Shown in pieces: positions 1 through 11,483 of a stretch of DNA of 64,000 bases. A program made the translations under genes and the position numbers. The stretch's first letter is position 1, and each line of letters begins with the position of its first letter. Under the pieces are notes generated by a model, which had not been told where the DNA came from, made no database searches, and saw only the letters and a list, made by a program, of their open reading frames with translations. This DNA is from Negaprion brevirostris (lineage: Eukaryota): assembly GCA_030324005.1 (NCBI GenBank), contig JARDVH010000163.1, positions 90,701,012-90,765,011 on the forward strand, in the 5' to 3' direction.

Positions 1-330
1 TAAGGAGCCTTGGCGAGTTCCTGCAGTGCATCTAGTAGATAGTACACACTGCAGTCACTGTGTGTCAATGGTAAAGAGAGTGAATGTTTGTGGGTGCAGC
101 GCCAATCAAGCGGCCTGCTTTGTCTTAGATGGTTGTCGAGATTCTTGGGTGTTGTTAGAGCTGCATTAATCTAAGGAAGGGGAGATAGTTCCATCACTCT
201 CCTGCTTTGTGCTTTGTAGATATGGACAGGCTTTGGAGAAAAAGGAAGTGAATTACTCACTGCACGTTTCTAGCCTCTGACCTGCTCTTATAGCCACAAT
301 ATTTATTTGGCTAGTCCAGATAAGGTTTTG
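1..330 (-). mobile_element. Non-LTR retrotransposon (CR1/Zenon-like) RT C-terminal fragment
   Basis: Minus strand encodes ..WTSQINIVAIRAGQRL.. and AVCTIY.MHCRNSPRLL. Same family as 8850, 24395 and 54490. Confidence 0.8.
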
Positions 331-334
331 GTAA

Positions 335-475
335 GGATGACAGATTTCCTTCCCTAAAGGGCAATATTGAACCAGATGGGTTTTTCGGACAATGGTTTTA
401 TGGCCATCGTTAGACTTGATTCCAGATTTTTTATTGAATTCAAATTTTACCACCTGCTCTGGATCACTAGTCACC
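335..475 (-). mobile_element. tRNA-derived shark SINE fragment (non-HE1 family)
   Basis: ttccctaaagg..gaaccagatgggttttt..gaattcaaatt..ctctggatcactagtc resembles a recalled common elasmobranch SINE body. Confidence 0.55.
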
Positions 476-477
476 AT

Positions 478-612
478 CAGAAGTGCTGAAAATATTCAGC
501 AGGTCTGAGAGCATCCGGGAGAGAGAACCTGGGTTAATGTTTTAAATCAAATATGACTTCTTCAGAACCGGTTTCTTCAGATCTCCAGCATCTGCAGTAT
601 CTTACTTTCCCT
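478..612 (-). mobile_element. Penelope-like terminal repeat (pLTR) remnant with decayed hammerhead core
   Basis: Reverse complement reads ctgaaga-agtca-tatt-tgatt-taaaac..gatgctctcagacctgctgaatattttcagcactt, homologous to 30360-30460. Confidence 0.7.
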
Positions 613-619
613 GAAGTTA

Positions 620-2560
620 GAACCATAAAAATGATACAGCATAGAAGGGGAGTATTCAGCCCATTTTGTCTATGCTGACCCAAAAGACACTCAGGTACCC
701 TTTCTACTCCCATATTCTTTTGCATTGCCCATTACCGTGCAACATACAGCACCTAAGGTGTAGATCCAGGTACTTTTTAAATGAGTTTAGGGTCTCTGCC
801 TCCACCAGCAATTCAGACAAGGAATTCCAGACTACCCTCTGTGTAAAAAGGTTTTTCCTCATGTCCTCTCTAATCCTTCTGCCACTTAGCTTGAATCCGT
901 GACCCCTGGTTTTTAGACTCTCTGCCAAGGGAAACAGGTTCCTCCTGTCTATTCTCTCTCTACCCCTCACAATTTTGTATACTTCAAATCATGTCACTTC
1001 TCAGCTTTCTCTGTTCCAACAAAAACAACCTCTCCAATTTCTCCTCGTAGCTCCAATTCTCCAGCCCTGGCAACATTCCAGTAAATCTTCTCTGCACCCT
1101 CTCCAGAGCAATTACATCTTCACTGTAATGTGGTAACCAGAACTGCACACAACACTCCGGTTCTGTCCTCACCAGTGTCTTATACAGTTTCATTATTATA
1201 ATCCTACTTTTAAATTCTATGTCTCTGCCAGTGAAAGAGAGCATTCCATATGCCTTCTTTACAAGCTTATCTACCTGTAATGCTACTTTTAGGAACCTTT
1301 GCACTTTCACACAAAGACCTCTTACTTCATCTACCCCTCTCAGTATGTTCCCGTTTATCGTGTGTTCCATTTTACTGTTAGACTTCCTAAGTGCATTACC
1401 TCACACTTATCAGAATTGAACTCCATCTGCCACTTTCCTGCCCACTTCACCATCCTATCTATATCATGTTCGAGCTTACAGCTATCCTCCACTACACAGT
1501 AAATTTTTATGTCATCTGCAAATTTCCCAATCATGCCACCATGTTCAAGTCCAAATTAGCAATATATAAAACAAATGGCAGGGGTCCTAAATCCTGCAGA
1601 ACATTACTTGAAACAGTTTTCCATTCACAAGGGCAACCATCAACCATTACCCTTGTTTCTTGTTACTAAGCCAACTTTGGATCCAATTCAACACATTACC
1701 CTGAATCTCAAGGGCTTTATTTTTTTGATGATGTGGGACCTTGTCAGATGCCTCACTAAAATCGATGTAGACAATATCCACTGCACTATCCTTATCAATC
1801 TTCCTTGTCACTTCCTCAAAAAATTCAATCACGTTTGTACAACATGACCTTCCTTTAACAAAACCATGCTGATGATCTTTCTAAGTGTCAGTTTATCAGA
1901 TTTCTTGGGATTGATTCTAACAGTTTGCCCACCCCCAAAATAAGACTAATTGGCCTATATTTGTTTGCCAATTCCTTCGTATCTTTTTTAAACAATGGAA
2001 CCACATTTGCATTCCTCCAGTACTCTGGCACCTCACCTCATCTTCAGTCTAGTGAAGATTGGAAAATAATCCTCAGAACATCTGTTATTTTTTCCTGGCC
2101 TCCTTCAAAATCCTAGGGGACAAACCGTCTGGCCCTGATGATTTATCCACTTTCAAGGATTCCAACTCCTCTAAAACTTGCTTTCCTTATGATTATTTTA
2201 TCCAATATTTCACACTGCTTCTCTTGGATTACTATATCCGCACCATCCTTTTCTTTTGTGAGTACGGGGAAAAAAAATTCATTTAAACTCTTCCTATATC
2301 CTCTGCGTCTTCACACAAGTTCCCTTCTTCATTTCTGACAGGTTCCACTTTTTCCTTAATTACCCTTTTGTTCTTTGTATACCGGTAAAACATCTTTGAG
2401 TTCTCCTTAATTGTTTTTGCTAATATTTTTTCATGCCCCCTTTATAATTTCCTTGTTTCTTTTTTTACTTGATACCTGTGTTTTCTATACTCCTCGAGGC
2501 TATCTGCAGTTTTGAGTTTTTTGTGACCATGATTAGCTTTATTTTTCTGTTGGGTGCACA
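620..2560 (-). mobile_element. CR1/HER1-type LINE, decayed ORF2 (RT) plus 3' UTR
   Basis: Broken minus-strand ORFs: FFEEVTRKIDKDSAVDIVYIDFSEASDKVPH, LYKTLVR..CVQFWLPHY..LERVQRRFT, TRGHGFKL..FTQRVVWNSL. Confidence 0.92.
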
Positions 2561-2749
2561 TCTTGTCAAAGGGACATTTCTTTTAATCTCTTGTCTTTGN
2601 NNNNNNNNNNNNNNNNNNNNNNNNNNNNNNNNNNNNNNNNNNNNNNNNNNNNNNNNNNNNNNNNNNNNNNNNNNNNNNNNNNNNNNNNNNNNNNNNNNNA
2701 AGAAGTTGCATTCATGACCTAGGGACACCCTATAAAGATTTACAGCTGA

Positions 2750-2948
2750 TTAAGTGATTGGAATTTTTTAGATACACCTAAGAGGGCGGACAGGATCTCT
2801 GTTTCACAACTCTTCAAAAGATGACACCTTCGACTGTGCAGCACTCCCTTCATACTGTGTCACCAAAGATAGGTGCTCAAGTCTGCAAGAGTGAGGCTCG
2901 AATCCTGAGCCTGAGGACTCAGTGTGTAGACATTACAACAGAGTCAAT
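2750..2948 (-). mobile_element. Deu-domain SINE (SacSINE1/AmnSINE1-like) relic
   Basis: cacctaagagggcggacagg..aaaagatgacaccttcgactgtgcagcactccct..gtgctcaagtctgcaagagtgaggctcgaatcc matches the recalled antisense Deu domain plus tRNA-like head. Confidence 0.7.
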
Positions 2949-3872
2949 ACACCTTCTTGTACATAAATTGTTAAATTGTTAAAATAATTACAAATTTGAA
3001 GATTTTCAGATGGTTTCAGTTTTGCAATGTCATTGTCTGTGTTGGCACAAAGAGCAAATAGTATGTTCTAAACCCTGGTATACATTCTTTTGACTTTCAT
3101 TCCAACTTGCAAAAATAAGTTTGTGTTTTCTGTTCACTGCTTTTTTTTTTATTTGATCCCTTGTTATTTGTGATTACCATAGCATCAGATCGTTGACAGT
3201 TCAGGTGAAGACAGTGAAAGTTTTAATATTTTGGAAGGGTTTCATATTTCTCTTTCACACAATTTTCACTCTGTTGGAATCCTCCTTTATTAGTAAATAT
3301 CTATAATCTCATGCATTGTCCAGCTGGATAGAAGCAAGCTTAATTAAATTAATATGCAGATCTGCAATAGTATCTTTAAAAGATAAAGATTTTAATTTTG
3401 AATCTCTGATTGCAATATGTGGAAGCCGATGCTTCGGCCTTCTATATTGAGCCAGTAATTCTTTCATCCAGCATCTAAAATAATCACAGTCTCTTGATTT
3501 AGAGAGGTGCAGGGTTTATTTGACAAGGACAAAGTAATTTTATCAATTCATAATGATGGAAAGAACAATATGTAAAGTAAGAAGTAGGCAAGGAAAAGGT
3601 CAGAAGCACCAAAGGTTATGGTGGAGATGGATCAAAGATCAACATAAAGATTGCACAAATCTTAAGCATAACCTACTATTTCCGAAGTTGCTAACAAAGT
3701 CTAGCAAATAGGCTTTGTGCATCTGGTTCTGCAACTCACTGTCACAAAATCTTAATACGGTAACATGCAATATTGTGCTCCATGTTTTGTTTTTTGTCCA
3801 AGGAACACCAGACTATGGAAATGTAATTATTTAATGGTGTAGAGTTGAAAAAAAAAATAAGTGTGAAAACAT

Positions 3873-3990
3873 AGGCCAGAATTCTCCAGCCATTCATGAC
3901 CCACTGCCAATGAGGTGGAGAATTTTGCGCTCAGCCAAATTGCCTTTCACTGCAGCGAGACCAGAGAGTACTGCTGGCATGAACGGCTTC
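3873..3990 (+). mobile_element. Non-autonomous DNA transposon (Harbinger-type MITE) fragment
   Basis: Starts ggccagaattctcc. Internal gcgctcagccaaat..ttcactgcagcg recurs inverted at 37690-37807. Confidence 0.65.
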
Positions 3991-4429
3991 CCACTGTTTA
4001 TTAGTTTTTATGGATCTAGGAAGCCTATACTTTTGCATTTTTTATGGCAACCTTTTCCACTGAAAGACCTGTGTCAAACCATCCACAGGAGCTAGCCATT
4101 TGTCTAATGCCTGACCCAAGTTGCTATTCTTTAAGTGTGATCATTGATGGTGCAGCAGCAATTTAGTTCATGGAAATGGAGAAATTGGTCATCCATTTTT
4201 CACCGCTGTTTACTTTCCAGTCCTTTTTCTAATTGTTGAGCAAGTTATGTGACATCCACAGGAGAACATTACAGTTTCATAATTTTTAATTATACTGAGA
4301 AATGTAGACCTCACTATAAGGTTTATATTTGTTCAATATGGTGTGCACACTTTCTCCATGAAGAGATACCATCCACTTCGCTCAGTACATAAGAGCTTAG
4401 TTGCAAGTTGCAAAGGAATTTCTAATTAT

Positions 4430-4763
4430 GGCAGCATGATGGCACAGTGGTTAGCACTGCTGCCTCACAGCTTCAGGGACCTGGGTTCGATTCCTGGCTT
4501 GGGTCACTGCCTATGTGGAGTTTGCATGTTCTCCCCACATCTGCGTGGGTTTCCTCCGGGTGCTCTGGTTTCCCCACACATCCCGTGTGTGGGTTAGATT
4601 GATTGGCTATACTAAATTGTCCCCTGGTGTCTTGGGATGCATAGCTTAGTGGGATTAGGGGGGTAAATCTGTGGGGTTACAGGGATAAGGCCTGGGTGGG
4701 ATTGTTATTCGTGCACACTCGATGGGCTGAAAGGCCTCCTTCTGCACTATAGGGATTCTATGA
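4430..4763 (+). mobile_element. HE1/V-type SINE, tail type A (CR1/HER1-derived)
   Basis: A box tggcacagtgg, B box ggttcgattcc, V-domain gtggagtttgcatgttctccc..gggtttcctccgggtgctc, tail gcctccttctgcact..gattctatga. Confidence 0.9.
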
Positions 4764-5679
4764 ATTATATAGTGAGGTAATGCTGAAGATTAAGCAGCTA
4801 CAATTGTATACCTAACCAGAACAGATCACTGGCATGTTTGGTGCTGCTTGCCCAGAGAGGACCACCCTCCCTGTTAGGAATATCAGGGACTGAGTTGGTA
4901 TTCACAACTGTGTGCCCAGTTGGAAACCAGAATCCATTATTTAGTGGTAAATAGCAGTATATATAGAATGACACTGCACGTAAAATAAAGTCCGAATATA
5001 AAACTACGTGAAATGCTGGTAATGTGGAATGGCCTCTGACCAGGAGGACATCATGTAAATTATGCCAACGTAATGCATTAACAAGGTGTCCCTCTGGTGT
5101 TTTACATGAGAAATTACAGACACTTACTTGCAAGCTAAATATACTGATCGCAGACACAATCAAACAAATTATTCTGCAGAAAGAATGAAGTACTATGTTG
5201 GAAAAAACTCTGCAAAAAACCTTCAGTGTTTGCCTGGTTATATGATAAGTTAACAGGGAAAATGGTCATCATTATGCACACTGTAGTTTAAAGGAAGCAA
5301 TATCAAGAGAGGACCAAAATGCAGCAAAGGTGGGTGCACTGCAACTCAATATAATAATTAGATTCCATGATCCTGCATAGTTAGTTAAAATGACATAATA
5401 TTCACAAGTGATTTTGGGAAGTATTGTGGAAGTGCAAATACAAGAATTATGTCTTTCTAAGTAATTATATTCCATTAACCTTCCAAAAAAAAGTAATTCT
5501 TAACTTCAAGGCATCTTCTGAGTCTGTAAGCTGGGACAAAATGACATAAGAAATAGAAGCACATGTACATCATATGGCCCAATGTGCCAACTCCATCATT
5601 CACTAGAATCATGTAGTGGCTTCAACTCTACTTACACACCTCCTTCCCCTATCCTTTAATTGTGTGAGAGATACTGTGC

Positions 5680-5943
5680 ATTATGGCACAGTGATTAGCA
5701 CTATTGCCTCGCTCCCTCAGGGACCCAGGTTCAACTCTGGCTCGTGTGGAGTTTACACTTTGTCCCCATGTCGGCATGAGTTTCAGGTGCTCTGGTTTCC
5801 TCCCCCAGTCTAAAGATGTGTAGGTAGGGGGATTAGTGGAGTGAAATGCATGGGGATAGCTGGGAACTGGGTAAAATGCTCTGTCAGAGAGTTGGTGCAG
5901 ACGCGATGGGCCAAATGGTCTTCTTCTGCACTAGGGATTCTAT
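5680..5943 (+). mobile_element. HE1/V-type SINE, tail A
   Basis: Same head, V-domain and tail as 4430. A short minus-strand CR1 tail at ~5545-5660 precedes it. Confidence 0.85.
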
Positions 5944-6515
5944 ATTAAATATTTATTTGAAATCCACTAATGCAATTGCTGCTCTATTGATAATGTATTC
6001 CCTGGACTTTTGGGTGAATAATATAGGTATCCAGAATGTTTGTAGAGTTGCATTGGACCTAGAGAATTGATAGAATAATATTGATTTTTTCATTTTTTCT
6101 AAAATAGTACACTGTAGCTTCTAAAATCCAAAATATTTTGGAAGTCATAATGTCTGTATTTTGGAGTCTTCTGGATTATGGAATGATCCAGAAGACTCCA
6201 ATGGAATGATGTTACATTGCCTAATCACTAGGTGTATGTACCAGAAAACATTGTTGATATGAATATCCATTTGAAACATGAGTGATAATACATTATAAAG
6301 TAATAATAAAAATAGTTTTACTTAATCAATTACCATACTTTTCCACATCTGAAGTACTGTACTGAAATGCTGTCAAAGACATTGAGGGTCTTTTGAAAAC
6401 ACTTCTGGACAACTGATGTCACTGAATAATAGATTTCCATACTGGAGATTTACAGTGCATTTAGTTTTCGTGGTACTGATTATAATCATGCAACAACTGC
6501 ATCAGTGCAGTCTAG

Positions 6516-6585
6516 ATGTGGATGTGCCGACGTCGGACTGGGGTAAACACAGTAAAAAGTCTGACAACACCAGGTTTTAGTCCAA
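6516..6585. repeat. End of a young high-copy shark repeat (probably Penelope-derived) running into a gap
   Basis: ggactggggtaaacacagtaaaaagtctgacaacaccaggttttagtccaa followed by N; resembles a recalled abundant carcharhiniform repeat. Confidence 0.45.
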
Positions 6586-6682
6586 NNNNNNNNNNNNNNN
6601 NNNNNNNNNNNNNNNNNNNNNNNNNNNNNNNNNNNNNNNNNNNNNNNNNNNNNNNNNNNNNNNNNNNNNNNNNNNNNNNNNN

Positions 6683-6925
6683 ATGGGAAGACCACCACCT
6701 GCAGGCTGCCCTCCAAGTCTCACACATCATTTTGTTTTGGAAATATTGCTATTCTTTCACTGCCATTGGAAATAAAGTGGGAATTCCTTCCTTAATAACA
6801 TGGTGGGTTTACCTGACCATGCAAACTATTGCAGCTCCAAGAAGGCAGCTCATGGCTAACTTGTCAATGCCAGTAAATGCCAGCCTTTCCAGTACCACCT
6901 GTATCCCATGAGCAAATAAAAGAGA
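6683..6925 (+). mobile_element. Zenon-like LINE 3' end
   Basis: WEDHHLQAALQVSHII followed by a 3' UTR ending cccatgagcaaataaaa. Confidence 0.75.
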
Positions 6926-7206
6926 AACACTATTTCCCAAAAGTGACGTGGAAGCCTAGAAATTATCATGTAACTTTGTTCTATACGTTGCAGGCTGCAT
7001 ATTTAGTAGACTTTTTGAAAAGGGAATAGAAGCAAATTAAATTTGGTGTCATTCAGTTTGAACCTCTCATATTTGCTTCTGCGTCAAAACTAATACAATG
7101 CATCCTTATTTACCTTTTAATTGTGTTGAAGAACAATGTGATTTGGGTCAATTAATTTAACACAATGTGTTCCTGCAGTTTAATTTTCCTTAACAGTGCT
7201 TGTTAG

Positions 7207-7520
7207 CGGGGCTTCCCTTGATGGCTTAGTTTAGACCATACGTGATGTGGTCTGAGCCATGTAGATTAGAAGGTCCCAGCTGGCACATTTGAGGGATATA
7301 CAATTGGTTTCCATGTCCCCAGGTCACAGAGTAAATGAATCATCTAAATTTCCTGCTCATAATTGGTATCTAGTGATTTGTGCTGAAAATTAAGCATGTG
7401 CGAACATAAGGTAAGGAAGGAATTTGATTATGTGAGCTGTGGTATTCTCCACAGTCAAACATTTTGCCAAATCACGCAGTCTATGCTCAACCATGGAGAA
7501 TGGTCATTTCTGTGAGGTTT
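7207..7520 (+). mobile_element. Ancient tRNA-derived SINE (second copy at 44070-44348)
   Basis: gatggcttag..ctgagccatgtaga..gaaggtccca..tacaattgg..cctgctc..tgccaaatcac; collinear with the inverted copy near 44.2 kb. Confidence 0.6.
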
Positions 7521-8535
7521 TAAACAAGTCACTATCTCCAGGGAGAAGACTAATTGTTGAAAAATTAGAAAAGATCAATTGTTTTAAATGTTTTAGGCAT
7601 TACTAGGTGTGGTTTGCATCAAAGAAGGTACCAAGGGTGGCAATGACACCAAGCATTGTAGATTTGATGCACTCACTTTTAGGCATCTAATTTTCATGGG
7701 CTATAAAAGGTCACCAGAAGGATTTTCAGTTCAGCCATTGAAAACTTAGTTTTATGGAAGCAAGTTGGAAAGTTTGATTTCTCTGCTTCAGAAATATGCA
7801 GAGACATTCAAGGCAAGCATTTGCTTGTGCAGTTTTATTTTCCTGTTGTAGATGTAGAAAGAGTGCAGGACACATTTGAACAGTTCACTGATTCCATTAC
7901 TTCACATGATAAGTGGGAAAAGGGCATCTCTCAATGAGTACACTCTGGAGATGACCTCTCTGATAGTTTAGACACTTTGCTTTCACTGAGACTTTTTGTG
8001 TCTGTTTCTTTACCAAAGTGAATTGAGGTCAATTTGTATTGCAGATTTCATGTGTCCTGCAGGAACTGAATTGAGACAAGCCCAAATTATAAAGTGCCTT
8101 CTTTGGATCATTTCAAGAAAGGCAAGACTTTAATCTTGCATCCCTTGGTTAGTTTGAATCCAAAATGCAAATGGGAAAGATGTTGTTTGAACAATGTCTC
8201 ATCTAATCCTCCAGCTATCATTTGGTAGAAATATTCTCTGAACGGATACTAGTCAGAATTATAAAACATGAAAGTGTTTCACATTGTAGAGTGGAATCAT
8301 TTGGTGTTTTTAATGTCATTCAGTTAATAATGTATATTAAAGCATATTCATTTTAATTGTTAAAATTGCTGTGCTTATGATAGCCAGGGAGAGCTGATAT
8401 ATTGGTACAATTCTCTTGCAATATTTACCTTCACCATAGAATTATTTAAGTGATAACTTGTATAATAAAGGAAAGTGAAATGATGGTTGCAGCAAATTTG
8501 AAAATTAGGGGAGCATCCTTTGTAAGCAGGACAAT

Positions 8536-8848
8536 GGCATGGTGGCACAGTGGTTAGTATTACTGCCTCATTGTGCCAGGGACCCGGGTTCGATTCCAGC
8601 CTCGGGTCGCTGTCTGTGTGGAGTTAGTTTCCGTGTTTCCCAGTATGTGTGTGGGTTTTCTCCAGGTGCTCCGGTTTCCTTCCACAGTTCAAAGATGTGC
8701 AGATTAAATTAATTAGCCAAGCTAAACTGACCTTTGGTGTCAGGGGATTAGCAGTGTTANNNNNNNNNNCATGTGGGGTTGCAGGAATAGAGCCTGGGTG
8801 GGACTGTAGTCGATGCAGACTTGATGGGCCAAATGGCGGCCTTTTGCA
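8536..8848 (+). mobile_element. HE1/V-type SINE, tail A
   Basis: A/B boxes, V-domain, tail gatgggccaaatggc. Confidence 0.88.
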
Positions 8849-8849
8849 G

Positions 8850-9370
8850 GTTACCTTGTCCTGGATGTGTCAGTTGAGTGTTATTAGAGCTGGAATAATC
8901 CAGTCAAGTGGAGGGTATTCCATCTGACTTGTAGATAGTGGACAGGCTTTGAGGAGTGAGGAGATGAGGTACTCGCCATAGGATCTTCCAATCCCACCAA
9001 TGGCAAACCAATACCACAAGTTTCCTGACACAGGGTGCATTGAATGGGAAATCCTGTTGACAGTGGTGGAAGCATTCTCTGCCACTGTGAACTCCTGGAG
9101 GATGTGGAAAATCCCAGCCCCTGATCTACTCTTGTAGCCACAGTATTTATATTACTGGTTCAGTTCAGCTTCTAGTCAATATTAACCTCAGGATGTAAGT
9201 AGTTGGTGATTCAGCGATGGTAATGCTATTGAATGCCAAGGGACAATAGTTAGATTCTCTCTTGTTGGAGATGGTCATTGCCTGGCACTTGTGTGGCACA
9301 AAAGTTACTTGCCAGGTCTTGTGGCATTTGGACATGGACTGCTTCAGTATCTGAGGAGTTGCGAATGCTG
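8850..9370 (-). mobile_element. Zenon-like LINE RT fragment
   Basis: TWQVTFVPHKCQAMTISNKRESN..SITIAESPTT and MEYPPLDWI on the minus strand. Confidence 0.8.
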
Positions 9371-10539
9371 ACATAATCCTGCAGCTGCATCTATGCGAGC
9401 TTATTTCCTTATGCATTCTTTCATAAACCCCTAACCTGAACCTAATTATAGGAAATGGAACATTATGAATAATTTTAGGAATTATTTCTTAAGTCAAAAC
9501 AAGGACAACTTCTGGGAAACATCCTTTGTAATTCCTGGTTTATAACTTTGACTTGCATTTCACAAGATCAGAAGCTAGAAGCTTTGTGACATCTGACCAT
9601 GAAATTGCAGGGTGGAGGTTGGGCGCTTTCTCGTGGCGGAATGGCAGGACAGTTTATGATTGGATTCTTCTCTGGGACCCCATTGGCAAAGGCATCCATT
9701 GCCTTCACAGAAAGATATTGGTGTATGACATTGTTGCAGTATTATTTAGACATATGTTCCAGAGCTAGATTAAGTATTTTCATTTTTTCCTAATTTATCT
9801 GTTGAATATAGAGAAGATTGATTTTTAAGTATGAACAAATATAGCTCACTTAACCTTTTCTTATTGCCCCCAGGAGTTAGAAGCAGAACAATCTTGTTTG
9901 CTCTTCTTTAAATCCTTGTAAATATCTCTGTCTGATTGTAAGTAATAATAAATAAAACTAGAGGCAACAAACCCAATTATGGTATCTACAGAATGAGATG
10001 GATTATAAGTATCATTTCCCTAATGTTCTACTCCATGGTGAATTTACATAACCAAGTGTTCCACTGCCGTTAGCAATTGTGACGATGCTACAACATTTAA
10101 CTTATTGCAAACAATATATTTAGTGAGATCTTCAAACCACATTGGTTAAATAAGGATGTCAAGAATACCATAAGTTTAAAAGGGCTATTCCTTTCTACTC
10201 CTGAAAATTAGTTTGATAGCACAGGAGACATCTGTATTTAATAGTTTCAGAATTCCCTAATTGGGGAATCAAAAAGTAATAGGATCTATTAAAACTAAAG
10301 TTTTCACATTTATAAGAACCATTGAGATAAGTTGGGGCAAAGTAAAGAGCCAGATGGTTAATAATGTTATGTACACAGTGTACAAAGTCAAAGTATTAAA
10401 GACTACATAGATCTTTTACAGAAGTGAGGTGAAAATACCAGTGAATTGTAAAGTAAAAATCAGTCATATTGGCTCTGAAAGTCATCACATATGTAAAGGT
10501 CAGCACTGCATACATTATGAAGAAATACAAATCATTAAA

Positions 10540-11165
10540 TGACTCCAGGGTGCCAAATCACGTGACTAGGTACTATAGTCTTAAATCCCATCTATAAGGA
10601 AGATCCTATTAATCTTTTCATGAGCTCCATGAACACAGGGATTGTATCGGAGGTCATACCAATATTCAAAATATAAGTAGGGTGTAGAGCAAGGACTCAA
10701 AGACCAGTCAGTGAAGAGACTTAAAACCTTTAATATATGCTGCCATCATCCAACCAAAGGGCATAGAAGCTATCAGGGAATTGGTTTTAGCAACAATAGG
10801 TCATGGATTTATAGCATTAGGTCATGCTTTATGAAGATACCGGAATTGCTTGAGGAGCGAAGGGAAACAAACTCTGATTAAAATTTTGCATCTGAGGCTT
10901 TTAAATAATGCTAGAGATCATGGAATTAATGAGTAATGTAGTTCATTAGATTGAAGAAGACCAATCAATAGATTACAGATACAGCAGTAATGCTAACTGG
11001 ACATCTTTTTTGAAAAACGTAGTGAGTGATGTCTTCAATGATGCCTTGCTATTGGTACAATGATAGTATGTCAAACTGGGGCAAGTTATCCCATGTCAAT
11101 TAGATCATTTACACTCCAAGGGATCTGGGAAAATATGCAAATATGCTCAAAAAATGTCAATACTA
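10540..11165 (+). mobile_element. Highly decayed CR1 RT relic
   Basis: Residual ataccaatattcaaaa (IPIFK), agaccagtcagt (RPVS) and catggattt..aggtcatgc (HGF..RSC). Confidence 0.55.
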
Positions 11166-11171
11166 ATTATG

Positions 11172-11483
11172 AATCGTATAATCCCTACAGTGCAGAAAGA
11201 GGCACTCAACCCATCGATCTGCACTGACTCTCTGACAGAACATCTTGCCCAAGCCAACCCCCCTGTACCATGGCTAATCAACTCCTAACCTACAAATCTT
11301 TCAACACTAAGAGGCAATTTAACATGGCCAATCTACTGAACCCGCAGATCTTTGGACTGTGGAAGGAAACCAGAGAACCCACAGAAATGGGGAGAACATG
11401 CAAACTCTACACAGTCACCCAAGGCTGGAATCGAATGAAGGTGCTGTGAGGCAGCAGTGCTAATCACTTTGCCATCGTGCAAC
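11172..11483 (-). mobile_element. HE1/V-type SINE, tail A
   Basis: Antisense tail atccctacagtgcagaaagaggc and antisense head gctgtgaggcagcagtgctaatcact. Confidence 0.85.

Noticed and set aside
4430-4505. tRNA-like A/B boxes here and in the other SINE heads
   Set aside because: They continue into the V-domain and LINE tail with no complete cloverleaf, so they are SINE heads and not tRNA genes.
4810-4935. Faint resemblance to antisense LF-SINE (cagaacag..gcccagagaggaccacc)
   Set aside because: Only two short motifs match by recall; not enough without an HMM search.
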